A stretch of DNA of 64,000 nucleotides, taken from Nitrospirales bacterium (GTDB lineage: Bacteria > Nitrospirota > Nitrospiria > Nitrospirales > UBA8639). The notes beneath the pieces were generated by a model. It saw only the letters and a program-made list of their open reading frames with translations. It was not told the DNA's origin and searched no databases. The position numbers and the translations under genes were made by a program. Positions 21,241 to 30,611 of this stretch are shown here, in pieces; position 1 is the first letter of the stretch, and each line of letters begins with the position of its first letter. The stretch is taken from NCBI GenBank assembly GCA_040904705.1, contig JBBDSY010000092.1, forward strand, positions 18,684-82,683, in the 5' to 3' direction.

Positions 21241-22035
21241 ATGGAACAGTTAGAGGAAATCCGGAAAATCTGGCACAGCAATCGAGAGTTGTGGTTGACG
21301 AAAGTTGGACCAGAAATTCTTCAACCTATTCAAAAAAATGGTGGTCTAAAATTCTTAAATGAATGGGAAAAGATTGTTGGAGTGGCCTTTGAGAATTCAC
21401 TTGGAACCTTCGAGGCTGTTCAACGTCTATGTGATCCAAATGAGTCTACTCGTTTCTGGGCAGAAGGTTTAATTTTAACTCGCACTAATTTTGAAACCTT
21501 TGTCACATTAGCCTGGATCCATTCGGAAGACCATGAAGCAAGGCTAGCTTTGTTTATTGATGAAGGTATCTTGCGGAAGGCATATTTTCTTGACCAGGTT
21601 GAGGAACTTAGGGACTCAGCTAGCAAAGAACAATTACAACAGATTAGTGAAGCAAAGGAAGAAGTGAAAAAAAGGCGGCCTGGGATTGGACCTAATAGGC
21701 AAAGTCTTATGCCGTCGTTAGAAAAAAGAGCGTATGACCTTGCAAAGGAACAGGCAAAAAAATTCTCCGATGCGAGATGGCAGTATGATGTCTACTATAG
21801 AGATGTGTCTTCCCATGCACATCCTAGTACATGGGGGTTAAGCCAATCGGTATCTTTTGAAGATGATGACTTTCTAATTGTCGAACCTCAAACTTGGACA
21901 GGTTTCAAAGCTGTCTGGTGTAATGGGGGATGGTTATTTAAAATGCTCTACCAATGGAATGCGGTATTTAACCATTTGCCGGTCGAAACTTTGGATGAAT
22001 GGTTTAAGGAGTGGATCACAACGGCGGGCTATTAA
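21241..22035 (+). CDS. DUF5677-like (HEPN-related) protein
   Basis: LILTRTNFETFVTLAWI and YRDVSSHAHP motifs resemble DUF5677/HEPN; start ATG 21241 assumed. Confidence 0.6.
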   Translation: MEQLEEIRKIWHSNRELWLTKVGPEILQPIQKNGGLKFLNEWEKIVGVAFENSLGTFEAVQRLCDPNESTRFWAEGLILTRTNFETFVTLAWIHSEDHEARLALFIDEGILRKAYFLDQVEELRDSASKEQLQQISEAKEEVKKRRPGIGPNRQSLMPSLEKRAYDLAKEQAKKFSDARWQYDVYYRDVSSHAHPSTWGLSQSVSFEDDDFLIVEPQTWTGFKAVWCNGGWLFKMLYQWNAVFNHLPVETLDEWFKEWITTAGY

Positions 22036-22089
22036 CTCGACTTACCCCCAAATCCCCCTCAGCTTGAAGAGCCTAATCTGAGTCCAAGG

Positions 22090-22610
22090 AACGCGAATGG
22101 GTGGAACTCAAATGGGGACTCGTCCCCTTATGGGCGAAAGATCCCAGCATTGGGAATAAATTGATTAACGCCCGAGGAGAAACCGTATCCGAGAAACCGT
22201 CATTTCGACATGCCTTTAAGAAGCAACGGTGTCTGGTGTTGGCCGATGGTTTTTATGAATGGAAACGGGAGGGAAAGACCAAGCAGCCCTACTATATCCG
22301 ACTGAAAGATCATGGACTGTTTGCGTTTGCGGGCTTGTGGGGACACTGGGAAAAACAGGACCCAGCCATTGAGTCCTGTAGTCTGATCACCATTCACGCA
22401 AATCCACTGATGGAATCGATTCACCATCGCATGCCGGTGATCCTGCCGGAATCAGCTTATAGTTCATGGCTCGATCCTAATCTCAACAATGTGATCTATC
22501 TGAGTGGTCTGATTGAACCTTTCGACGCTGACAGGATGGAGGCTTATCCTGTGAGCACAATGGTAAATAATACGAGGAATGATAGGGCGGAATGTATTGT
22601 ACCTATGTGA
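22090..22610 (+). pseudogene. SRAP (YedK/HMCES) family protein, 5'-truncated
   Basis: KWGLVP, INARGET, RCLVLADGFYEW, IHHRMPVIL present; the N-terminal MCGR catalytic segment is missing. Confidence 0.85.
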
Positions 22611-22786
22611 AAATTCGTTAGTAGTGAAGTTTGATTCCTTAGTGGTATTAAAATTGCTTTAATATAAAATTTATGTATACCTTGACTCATAGAAGCCTTA
22701 TCTGGTTTTTTGTATAAAAATAACTATTGACTTTTTTGTTCAAAATAGTAGAATCCGACAATCTTTATCCTACCTGTATACTATAT

Positions 22787-23566
22787 ATGGTATATTCAAG
22801 ACCTTCCAACACACAAAATTTAAAGCCTCAAGAGCGCCTTATTTTCGCGCTTGATGTCGCTGACATGCAATCTGCGAAGTCATACGTCAAGCAACTTAAG
22901 GGGGTGGTGAGTTTTTATAAGGTTGGGTGGGAATTATTCCTGGCCGAGAGCTTGGAGATTGTAAAATATCTTAAGGGCGAGGGACACAAGGTCTTTTTGG
23001 ACCTAAAAATTCAAGATGATGTAGATGCTACCATTTCCCGATATATTCAAGTCGCTATCAGACAAGATGTAGACTTTGTGACGCTTCATGGGAATGGGCG
23101 GATGTTTGCTACAGCTAAGAGTGCTAAGGGTGGCTCAAACCTGAAAATATTATCTTTAACATTGCTGTCAAATATGGATGAAGCTGCAATGAAAGATAAT
23201 TATATGCTCCAGAATGGAGATGATTACTGTTTGCCCTTTAAAACTGCAGAGGAGTATGTAGGGTGGAGGGCTACCAAAACATTTAACGCCGGATGTGATG
23301 GATTTATTGCTTCTGGGCGGTTCGTGAAGTTTCTTAAAAATCTATTTAAGGAAGATTGCCCACTTATCATAACTCCCGGTGTGCGCCCAGTGGGCTGTTC
23401 TGCTGCCGAACATAAAAACGTATTAACTCCAAAAGCCGCGATTCAGAATGGTTCAGATTATTTAGTTGTGGGTCGCCCAATCCGTGACGCCGAAAACGCC
23501 AATTCCCAAGCCCAAGCAATTGTCCAACAAATTGCTGAAGGCCTAGAATCCCCTGCTAGCGCCTAA
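22787..23566 (+). CDS. pyrF: Orotidine-5'-phosphate decarboxylase (accessory copy in island)
   Basis: LIFALD, YKVG, DLKIQD (DxKxxD), TPGVR, DYLVVGRPI. Confidence 0.88.
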   Translation: MVYSRPSNTQNLKPQERLIFALDVADMQSAKSYVKQLKGVVSFYKVGWELFLAESLEIVKYLKGEGHKVFLDLKIQDDVDATISRYIQVAIRQDVDFVTLHGNGRMFATAKSAKGGSNLKILSLTLLSNMDEAAMKDNYMLQNGDDYCLPFKTAEEYVGWRATKTFNAGCDGFIASGRFVKFLKNLFKEDCPLIITPGVRPVGCSAAEHKNVLTPKAAIQNGSDYLVVGRPIRDAENANSQAQAIVQQIAEGLESPASA

Positions 23567-23942
23567 AATATTCAATCAAAATACTCTGCCACCTTGCGCT
23601 GAATGCCAATGGTGGGGCGTAATGCTGACACGGTCGATGTGGGCGTGTGGCTAATGGATGGGATGAAGGGCGTGATTGGGAGCGGTGTGTCCCTTGTAAT
23701 GTGAGTTCCAACCCTAGGTTATTGCCACCACATAAAATCACAATGAACGAGCCTTACATCGTCGGGTTTGAGGCTTTGGTGTTTGGTTCTCTCACCTAAT
23801 AAGCCATTCCTCGTCTTCTGTGGCATTGTCCTTCCGGGTACCGCACAGTGTATTACAAGCATAACCCACGCAGTCACCCTAATCTTTAATCACTGCCCTA
23901 ATTGGAGAGGGTTGCGGAAATCCTAGAGTAAGGATTGCTACG

Positions 23943-24437
23943 TTGACAAAAGTCATCAACCGCAAAACATATCGCTCCCACACCGCCCATTTGATTGTGA
24001 CGTTGCCCAGCCACTTTCCAAAAACCGATAAAAAGTGGCATGAAACTCGTTTGTATCGTAACCAACGAGAAACATATTTTTTAGCAGGAGAAGGCGGATC
24101 ACTATCACGATGGGCGAAAATGACTCCGCGTGGGACTACACCAGGAGAGGGCATTGAGCCTATATCCAGAGGCCAAGCACTCGCTATGCGAAATATGCCG
24201 GTCTTCCGTCAGATAGGTTTGCTCGGGCTGGGTTTGCACCGGAGACGGCCATTGGCTGATGGAACGGCAAGAAGTTCATGCCCATCTGGTGATTGGCAGA
24301 ACAATCTCAACACCTGGATAATCGGAATACGTCAGTTGAACAAGAGCCTGCCTTCTCACGAGGTTGGGCTTTGGTGTGGTTCCTCACCCCTTGTTGCCGG
24401 CATACTAGATAGCGGGGGTATCCGCATGGTCTTGTGA
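23943..24437 (+). CDS. Phage-type hypothetical protein, possibly degraded at the 3' end
   Basis: KVINRKTY...ETRLYR...YFLAGEGG..SRWA resembles a small phage protein family; the 3' part overlaps the convergent ORF. Confidence 0.45.
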   Translation: MTKVINRKTYRSHTAHLIVTLPSHFPKTDKKWHETRLYRNQRETYFLAGEGGSLSRWAKMTPRGTTPGEGIEPISRGQALAMRNMPVFRQIGLLGLGLHRRRPLADGTARSSCPSGDWQNNLNTWIIGIRQLNKSLPSHEVGLWCGSSPLVAGILDSGGIRMVL

Positions 24438-24901
24438 ACCATTTCGACCTGTATCCGGTGTGAACTATTGTGCGTGGACCTGCCTTCGTGGAGACGGAGT
24501 TTGTCGTAGGTCACCCCCTTGGTAATCGTGACTTTCCCTAACAAGCGTTCCTTTTCTGTGGTGCTCATGCTGGCAAGGACGGTTTCATCATTCAGGGCAT
24601 CTAACAATTTATCCTCCAGGTCGCTGCACTTGGCCAACGTCAACGCCAACGAATCGCCCAGCCGATCTTTGAAGGTTCGCAGGGCTTCCAATTCTGGAGC
24701 CACTCGTTGCAGATAACGCCGAATGGTATGGCCTGACACCCCAACCATCGCCGCAATGTCTGAAGGAGGGACACCCTTTCCAGCCAAGTCTAACGCTTTC
24801 TGTTGATCCCAGGTGGCTGGTCTCGGTGGCGGTTTCCTTCTTGAACGAGTAGAAGAGGTAAGGCCATCTTTTGATTGCTTCATCTCATCGGTAGGTTTCA
24901 T
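24356..24901 (-). CDS. HTH protein, terminase small subunit-like
   Basis: DIAAMVGVSGHTIRRYL HTH plus helical region and YDKLRLHEGRSTHN; located near the attR arm. Confidence 0.5.
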   Translation of the reverse strand: MKPTDEMKQSKDGLTSSTRSRRKPPPRPATWDQQKALDLAGKGVPPSDIAAMVGVSGHTIRRYLQRVAPELEALRTFKDRLGDSLALTLAKCSDLEDKLLDALNDETVLASMSTTEKERLLGKVTITKGVTYDKLRLHEGRSTHNSSHRIQVEMVHKTMRIPPLSSMPATRGEEPHQSPTS

Positions 24902-25222
24902 AAGTTCCCCTTCTTTGAATGCGACCAATGCTTCGTTCTTCAGTTAGATGCCTTTATTTTGAAACGGATTCGTTATGGAGGTCCACATTGTCCCTTCAGG
25001 AGTTTTCCCCCCTGCCACCGGGCTAAATCCATTTTCCAGGGAGGGACCCATAAAATTATGGTTCCAGTTTTACTCCCAGTTCAGTCCCAGATTTACTCCC
25101 AGTTCCCAATCCACCTAGATCACACGTAGTCGCAGATGAAAAGGTCCAAACTCTTGTGTTGATAAGTGTTTTGTGTCACTCTATCCACCTTAATCATTCT
25201 GTATCACACTTTGGTTTGGGTG

Positions 25223-25269
25223 GATTCTGGTTCTGATTGTGAGGGTTCAACTCCTTCTCCCCCAGCCAA
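25223..25269 (+). repeat. attR1: identical copy of the tRNA-Gln 3' end
   Basis: 47/47 identity with 15565-15611. Confidence 0.95.
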
Positions 25270-25479
25270 TTACATCGATAATTTACGATTATTGAACTGT
25301 TCTATATTCTTTCCAGTCAATACCTGGTAATCACGAACACCCGGCCTGGATTTCGTCATTTTTCCTATCAGGCGAGCCTCTCTGCTCAAACTCATTCCTT
25401 CCATTTTTGGTGTGTTGTCCCTCAAAGATGGGATTGAATGGGTGACTTGGCCAAATGCCTAACATGGATTGAGGTAATG

Positions 25480-25795
25480 AGGGCGTTTCGTTACCCATGT
25501 GTGTTGAGAAGAGGCGCATGGTTACAGGAGGAAACACGGTTTGTTTAATTGTGCGGCCAACTTATTGCGTGGGCATACGGGTATTTTCTGTGGATCATTT
25601 AAGGTGCGGCATACCAGTCGACCGCCGGGAAAAGCGTCGTCTTTGGGCTCCTGGAAAGGGAATCCCGCGTGTATCACGAAAGGCGTCGAGACCGTGAGCG
25701 CTGAAGAACTCATCCGGCATATCCAAGCCAAGACCCGGAAGGGATTCGTGTATTACACTGATGCCTTTCGGGGCTATCAATCCTTGAAGCGGTCG
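25480..25795 (+). pseudogene. IS1595-family transposase fragment
   Basis: VSAEELIRHIQAKTRKGFVYYTDAFRGYQSLKR matches the ISXO2/IS1595 DDE region; frameshifted and truncated; boundaries approximate. Confidence 0.7.
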
Positions 25796-25827
25796 GCTGA
25801 GGGAAGCCAAGAGAATGGGAGTTTGAG

Positions 25828-26052
25828 TTGAAGTTATTACCCAATAGTGTGAAGAATATTATTTTAACCATCCTAAAGGGGATTGGCCTTGCCTTGGGAG
25901 TGATTCTGCTCGCTCTCGGTGGGTATATGGGCCTCGAAAATATCCAAGCACCAGGGAGTCTTAATATCCCTATCGCAGTCTTTTCTTTTGCGGCCATCCT
26001 TGTGGGAACCATCCTGTTGTGGTTCGTAGGAAAGAAAAATACGAACACCTAA
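25828..26052 (+). CDS. Small two-TM membrane protein
   Basis: 74 aa with two hydrophobic segments. Confidence 0.5.
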   Translation: MKLLPNSVKNIILTILKGIGLALGVILLALGGYMGLENIQAPGSLNIPIAVFSFAAILVGTILLWFVGKKNTNT

Positions 26053-26064
26053 ATCGCCCATCTG

Positions 26065-26376
26065 TTGTGTCGTCCTGCTATGGTTTGCCAGTGTGGCAAT
26101 TGCCGAAGATTTCCCATCCAAGGTCATTCATCTCACCGATGGCGATACCATCACGGCTCTGAATACTACAACGAACAGGGCAAGGTCCCTCTCAATGGCA
26201 TTGACTGTCCCGAAAAGGCCCAAGCCTATGGGAACAAGGAGAAACAGTTCATCAAGGAGCTGGTGGCAGGACAGGCGGTTACTATCCAAGCCCATGACCG
26301 AGACAAATATGGCCGCACCATTGGCGATGGGTTCCTCGAAGGCCTGCTAGCCAACGGGTCGACTATTTTTTGCTAG
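26065..26376 (+). pseudogene. Thermonuclease (SNase-like), frameshifted and truncated
   Basis: DGDTIT in one frame; GIDCPEKAQAYG...DKYGRTIG in another. Confidence 0.85.
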
Positions 26377-26705
26377 GAGAAGGCGGATTACTTTCACAAT
26401 GGGCGAAAGCGACCCCGCATGGGGCGATCCACAGGAGAGGGCATTAAGCCCCCATCCAAAGCCGAAGCACTCACCGATGCGAAATATGCCGGACTGTCGC
26501 TCGACAGGTGTGCACGGCTTGGGGTTGTACGAGGGGAGGGGGATTGGCTGGTTGATGGGCGAGAGATTCAAGGGGGTCGGGTGATCGTCAGAACGATCTC
26601 AACACCTGGATGATCCGAATACGTCTTGGTAAGGAAGTGCCTACCTCCTCACGAGGTTGGGCTTTTGTGTTTCCTGCCGGCTTCTAGCAACGATGGGAAG
26701 GGTGA

Positions 26706-26888
26706 TTAGCGGTTAAACGCTAGCGCCATATCAGATTCATTGGTATCGGGAGGGATTCCTGGTTGCCAGTCCCCATAGTCTCCCTCTGGACGGTGGGAAT
26801 ACCGCTCATCTTCCAATTTAATGATCCATTCGACCCCGGCTGCCCACACGACCCTCATGTTTTCCGGTTCCATACGTTCGCCCTCCAA
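26706..26888 (-). CDS. Small acidic hypothetical protein
   Basis: 60-aa ORF with plausible composition only. Confidence 0.35.
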   Translation of the reverse strand: MEGERMEPENMRVVWAAGVEWIIKLEDERYSHRPEGDYGDWQPGIPPDTNESDMALAFNR

Positions 26889-27044
26889 TTGCTACTGGTG
26901 TTATCGGAAAAGAGGGAGAAGAAATTAAGCCAAGGACACTTCATGGGAGGGGCCAATCAGTCATACTGGCCGTCTCCTTCAACACCAAGACAGCATCTTA
27001 CGGATCATACGGAATATATGGTTCCTCGCTCTTTCATGTGCGCC

Positions 27045-27360
27045 CCTGAAGGGTTATGTCTCCCAGGGTCCGACGCCTGCCGTCTGGCCCACGGGAGGGA
27101 CGCTCTTATCCGCTGGCGGGCCTTGTTTGAGCGGAGCGAGTTGGTCCGCCCTCCTCAGGCTGGCGTCCGTCCGCTCCAATGAGGCCAGACGGGGCGTCAC
27201 TGGTTTTGGGGCCTTTTGCCGGAACAAAAGGGCCTCGCCTTCCGGGGCGAAACCCGGCAACACCAAACATCACGTGGACACGAGAGTTGGGGGCACACGT
27301 GCGAGGCATTCACCTGGCGGCGCTTGGTTACCGGCAAACCCCAAGGTGGACTTCCAATAC
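27045..27360. repeat. GC-rich structured dispersed-repeat-like element
   Basis: TGTTTGAGCGGAGCGAGTT...GGGGCCTTTTGCCGGAACAAAAGGGCC hairpin...CCGGGGCGAAACCCGGC; GC far above the flanks. Only one copy in this window. Confidence 0.5.
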
Positions 27361-27638
27361 ACATCGTCAAGCGGTAAGGCCAGAACCATAAATTCTGAAT
27401 GATCCCATCTTACCAACCAACAACTTCCACAAGAGTCTGATTCCGCCACCCCCGGGTCAAATTGAACCCAGGAAAGGGGACCCGCTAGAAGGTATGCACT
27501 CCCGGTTTTGCTCCCAGTTCTCAATCCACGTAGATCACACGTCGTCGCAGATGAAAAGATCCAAACTCTTGTGTTTATAAGTGTTTTATGGCACCCTATC
27601 CATCTTAATCACTCTGTCTCACACTGAGGGTATGCCTG

Positions 27639-27684
27639 GATTCTGGTTATGGCTGTGAGGGTTCGAATCCTTTTCCCCCAGCCA
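27639..27684 (+). repeat. attR2: diverged copy of the tRNA-Gln 3' end
   Basis: 40/46 identity to 15565-15610, with canonical TTCGAAT T-loop and CCA. Confidence 0.88.
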
Positions 27685-27840
27685 AGATCTATTGCTCTAT
27701 ACTCCTCAGCCCGAACCATTTTTTGCGGATCGAAGAGCCCTTTTCCGAATGTCAATACGCATGGCTCTACACAAAATCATTCAGGCTGGAGAGGACCCTA
27801 GTTTCTCAACTAAGAAATTGAGGATTTGAGGAAATGGTAC

Positions 27841-28437
27841 ATGAGGGCGAAGCGTTGCTTTAACTGGGCAGACGGACGGGTCCCATTCAATAGGGCCGGA
27901 GAGAGGATAATCTTTTCCTCGAAACAGACTGAACTGTTTCGGCAGATAGCTCAGGCAACACGGGAGTCTGGCGTGTCGTCTGGTAGAAGGAATGTGGCTT
28001 CTGATTCCTCTGGTGTTGTCGCCGTGTTTTCGGGTGCAAGTGGCACGGGAAAAACGATGGCGGCGGAAGTGATCGCTCGGGAGTTACGGACCAGCCTGGT
28101 TCGTGTCAATCTTAATCACGTTGTGAGCACATACATTGGGGAGACCGAAAAGAATTTGGATCGGGTTATTGAAACAGCCCGGAAGAAATCTGCGGTCTTG
28201 CTGTTTGACGAGGCCGATGCCTTATTTGGGAAACGGAGTGAAGTGAAGACTAGTCATGACCGGTATGCGAATATTGAAGTCAGCGCTGTGGTGCGTAAGT
28301 TCGAGGCCTATCGCGGATTGGTCATCCTTTCCTCAAATCATCCAGCCGAAATTGATCCAGCCATCATGTGTCGCGTGAAATACCTGCTCGAGTTTTCTCC
28401 TCCCATTCCTGCTCCTCGCCGACAACTCAGACGATAA
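27841..28437 (+). CDS. Stand-alone AAA+ ATPase domain protein
   Basis: GASGTGKT, YIGETEKNL, LLFDEADALFGKR, DRYAN. Confidence 0.85.
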   Translation: MRAKRCFNWADGRVPFNRAGERIIFSSKQTELFRQIAQATRESGVSSGRRNVASDSSGVVAVFSGASGTGKTMAAEVIARELRTSLVRVNLNHVVSTYIGETEKNLDRVIETARKKSAVLLFDEADALFGKRSEVKTSHDRYANIEVSAVVRKFEAYRGLVILSSNHPAEIDPAIMCRVKYLLEFSPPIPAPRRQLRR

Positions 28438-28438
28438 T

Positions 28439-28690
28439 ATGGATATCAGTATTCGATGGCTGTGGGCCGCCATGCTTGGCGGAAGTATCATGCTGGCGAT
28501 GCCTGGGAACACCGATCCTGCCAGGATTGCCGGTGATGTCGTGGGTCATTTTTTTTCGGCCTTGGTCCTGGCCATTGTGCCCATTGTCGGATATCGTATC
28601 TTCTATAAGCAGATAGGTGAGCAGGAAATCACCTATATCGTTGGGGCATCTTGGGCCTATTTGGTCGTGTCTCAATTATGGGGTTCTTAA
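28439..28690 (+). CDS. Small membrane protein
   Basis: 83 aa, three hydrophobic segments, abuts the ATPase stop. Confidence 0.6.
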   Translation: MDISIRWLWAAMLGGSIMLAMPGNTDPARIAGDVVGHFFSALVLAIVPIVGYRIFYKQIGEQEITYIVGASWAYLVVSQLWGS

Positions 28691-28703
28691 GAAGGAGATC
28701 ACG

Positions 28704-29180
28704 ATGACACGATGGATTGCGTTGCTGCTCATGACTGCGCTGATGATGAGTTGCGCCAAGCCCAACGAGCGCAAAGCAGAATTTATCCATGAAGAATATG
28801 CCCCGTATGTGGGGGAGGGCACCGCACGGATTTGTGGGCAAGCCTATGTGACTGTGGAGAACGGAAAACAACATGTGGCCTCTGGCGATCGTGTGTTATT
28901 GGCCCCTGTGACATCGTATACGGAAGAGGCTTTTAGGGTGAAGGTGCTGGGAGGCCGGGAGATAGCCGATCCTGATCCTGAGGCGGCGAAGTTTGAAAAA
29001 CGAACCAAGACGGATACCGAAGGCCGGTTTTGTTTCACAGGGTTACCGGCTGGAGAGTATTATGTGGTGGCAGACATTGTCCTTCCAACCTCCACCAAAG
29101 AGCATCGTGAAAGCCAATTGGCTCATGCCAAAGCATCAGTCAAGGCTGATGAAAATATGTATCTTCTGGTGACGCGATAA
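28704..29180 (+). CDS. Lipoprotein with carboxypeptidase-regulatory-like beta-sandwich domain
   Basis: AAGGAG RBS, lipobox MMSC, TDTEGRFCFTGLPAGEYYV. Confidence 0.75.
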   Translation: MTRWIALLLMTALMMSCAKPNERKAEFIHEEYAPYVGEGTARICGQAYVTVENGKQHVASGDRVLLAPVTSYTEEAFRVKVLGGREIADPDPEAAKFEKRTKTDTEGRFCFTGLPAGEYYVVADIVLPTSTKEHRESQLAHAKASVKADENMYLLVTR

Positions 29181-29303
29181 ATCTCGACCAAGCCCTTATG
29201 GATGAGGTGAGGTCGGGGTTCCCTGATGTTTCCGTTTAGCCATTGAGTGAACAACCCACGTCATGCGATTCTTGTGTCCCTCCAGCCACTGTCACCACCA
29301 CGT

Positions 29304-29951
29304 TTAGGAAGTTTTCAGAGCTTTTTCGATATCCTCCACGATTGCCGGCGTCAGGGGCTGTTGTTTCGGGGCATAGCGCGCAATCACCTGTCCTTGGCGA
29401 TCCACTAAAAATTTCTGAAAGTTCCACTTAATTTCACCGGGAAATGACGTGTGTTCGGTGAGATACCGGTAGAGGGGATGTTTCTGATCACCCAAGACGG
29501 TAATTTTACTGAACAAGGGAAACTCCAAGGAATATTTGGTGTAGCAAAACTCCGCAATCTCTTTATTGTTGCCAGGCTCTTGTTGGCCAAAGTCGTTGGC
29601 TGGGAAAGCTAAGATCGTAAATCCCTGATCCCGATATTGCTCATACAACGTTTGGAGATCTTCGTATTGAGGCGTGTTGCCGCAAAAACTGGCGGTGTTC
29701 ACCACCATGATGACCTTCCCTTTGAACTCGCGTAATGTGCGAGGCTTTCCGTCAATATCCTCCATCGTAAAATCATAAATTTGTGTCGCTTGGGATTCGC
29801 GATCGGTTTGTACGTGGGAAGTTGAGGAAGTCAGGATGAAGGGGGATTGGGCTCGTGCCTTTTCACCCATAGAGGTGAAGTAGCCGATGAGGGTTATGAC
29901 TGACAGACTGAGTGCCGCTGTTTTGAGTACTGACGGGCGTAAGTGAAACAT
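29304..29951 (-). CDS. Glutathione peroxidase family protein (Cys type, with signal peptide)
   Basis: VNTASFCG, FPANDFGQQEPG, WNFQKFL. Confidence 0.93.
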   Translation of the reverse strand: MFHLRPSVLKTAALSLSVITLIGYFTSMGEKARAQSPFILTSSTSHVQTDRESQATQIYDFTMEDIDGKPRTLREFKGKVIMVVNTASFCGNTPQYEDLQTLYEQYRDQGFTILAFPANDFGQQEPGNNKEIAEFCYTKYSLEFPLFSKITVLGDQKHPLYRYLTEHTSFPGEIKWNFQKFLVDRQGQVIARYAPKQQPLTPAIVEDIEKALKTS

Positions 29952-30096
29952 AGGAGTCCTCCAATGAAGGCGAATGAATGCACAGCCTCTGTCTTTCTAG
30001 TCTAATCCCGCTGATGAGTGGAGGGCAAATGACGGAAGCGTCGAATGATCCGGGTGTCGATTCAAACCTGGACGGATAGACGGTGGATTCGACGAC

Positions 30097-30426
30097 CTAT
30101 CCTGTGGGGCCAATCCATTCTTGTAATTGCGTAAGTAGCTCATACTTTTTACCAATCCCGCCAATAAAGGTTTCAAATTTCGCATCGACATAGAGCGCCA
30201 GGGTTGGCAATGACTGGATTTCGAGTTCTCCGGGAATGAGAAAATTCTCCTGCACATTCATTTTGAAAATGACAAGGCGGTCTCCAACCTCCGCTTGAAC
30301 CAGGTCGAGTTCGGTCAGAAGGGCTTGGCAATGTCCACAACCCGGTTGCCAGAACTCCACTAAGACGGGAGCAGACGACGTTTCGATAACTTCATCAAAA
30401 TCTTTATCCTCAATATCCTGAATCAT
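30097..30426 (-). CDS. Thioredoxin family protein
   Basis: VLVEFWQPGCGHC, IQSLPTL; 109 aa. Confidence 0.9.
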   Translation of the reverse strand: MIQDIEDKDFDEVIETSSAPVLVEFWQPGCGHCQALLTELDLVQAEVGDRLVIFKMNVQENFLIPGELEIQSLPTLALYVDAKFETFIGGIGKKYELLTQLQEWIGPTG

Positions 30427-30611
30427 GCGGTCACATTCCTAAGTAGGTACCATTGATGGCGAGAGCCTTGAATTGTTTTTCGCCATGATGAAGAGCCATA
30501 GGCAACATGCAAAAAATAGTTATGTGACCAAGGTGGTAGGATCAGGTCAAGTGTCATTCACGCCAGGTTAGTTGTCTGCTCATAACGGAAGAGTCAAAGG
30601 TAAGGTGAATA

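Larger units (their letters stand above)
15565..25269. mobile_element. Integrative element 1 (about 9.7 kb) in tRNA-Gln, decayed
   Basis: Perfect 47-bp direct repeat 15565-15611 / 25223-25269, adjacent integrase remnant, AT-richer cargo. Confidence 0.9.
25270..27684. mobile_element. Integrative element 2 remnant (about 2.4 kb), tandem to element 1
   Basis: Ends in a diverged tRNA 3' copy; 27509-27684 is homologous to 25094-25268 and about 26580-26665 to about 24288-24372. Confidence 0.8.

Noticed and set aside
17883-22062. AATCCCCC(C/T)(T/C)AG-like motif after three cargo genes (about 17883, 19722, 22050)
   Set aside because: Too short and degenerate; probably REP-like remnants, and I cannot distinguish it from chance.
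22774-22789. LexA-box-like CTGTATACTATATATG before pyrF
   Set aside because: Right half lacks CAG, and the LexA motif of this lineage is not established from the window.
25223-27684. Possible additional tRNA genes at 25223 and 27639
   Set aside because: Only 3' halves are present, with no D-arm or 5' acceptor strand; these are att sites.
29304-29951. Possible selenocysteine glutathione peroxidase
   Set aside because: The active-site codon is Cys in an open frame.
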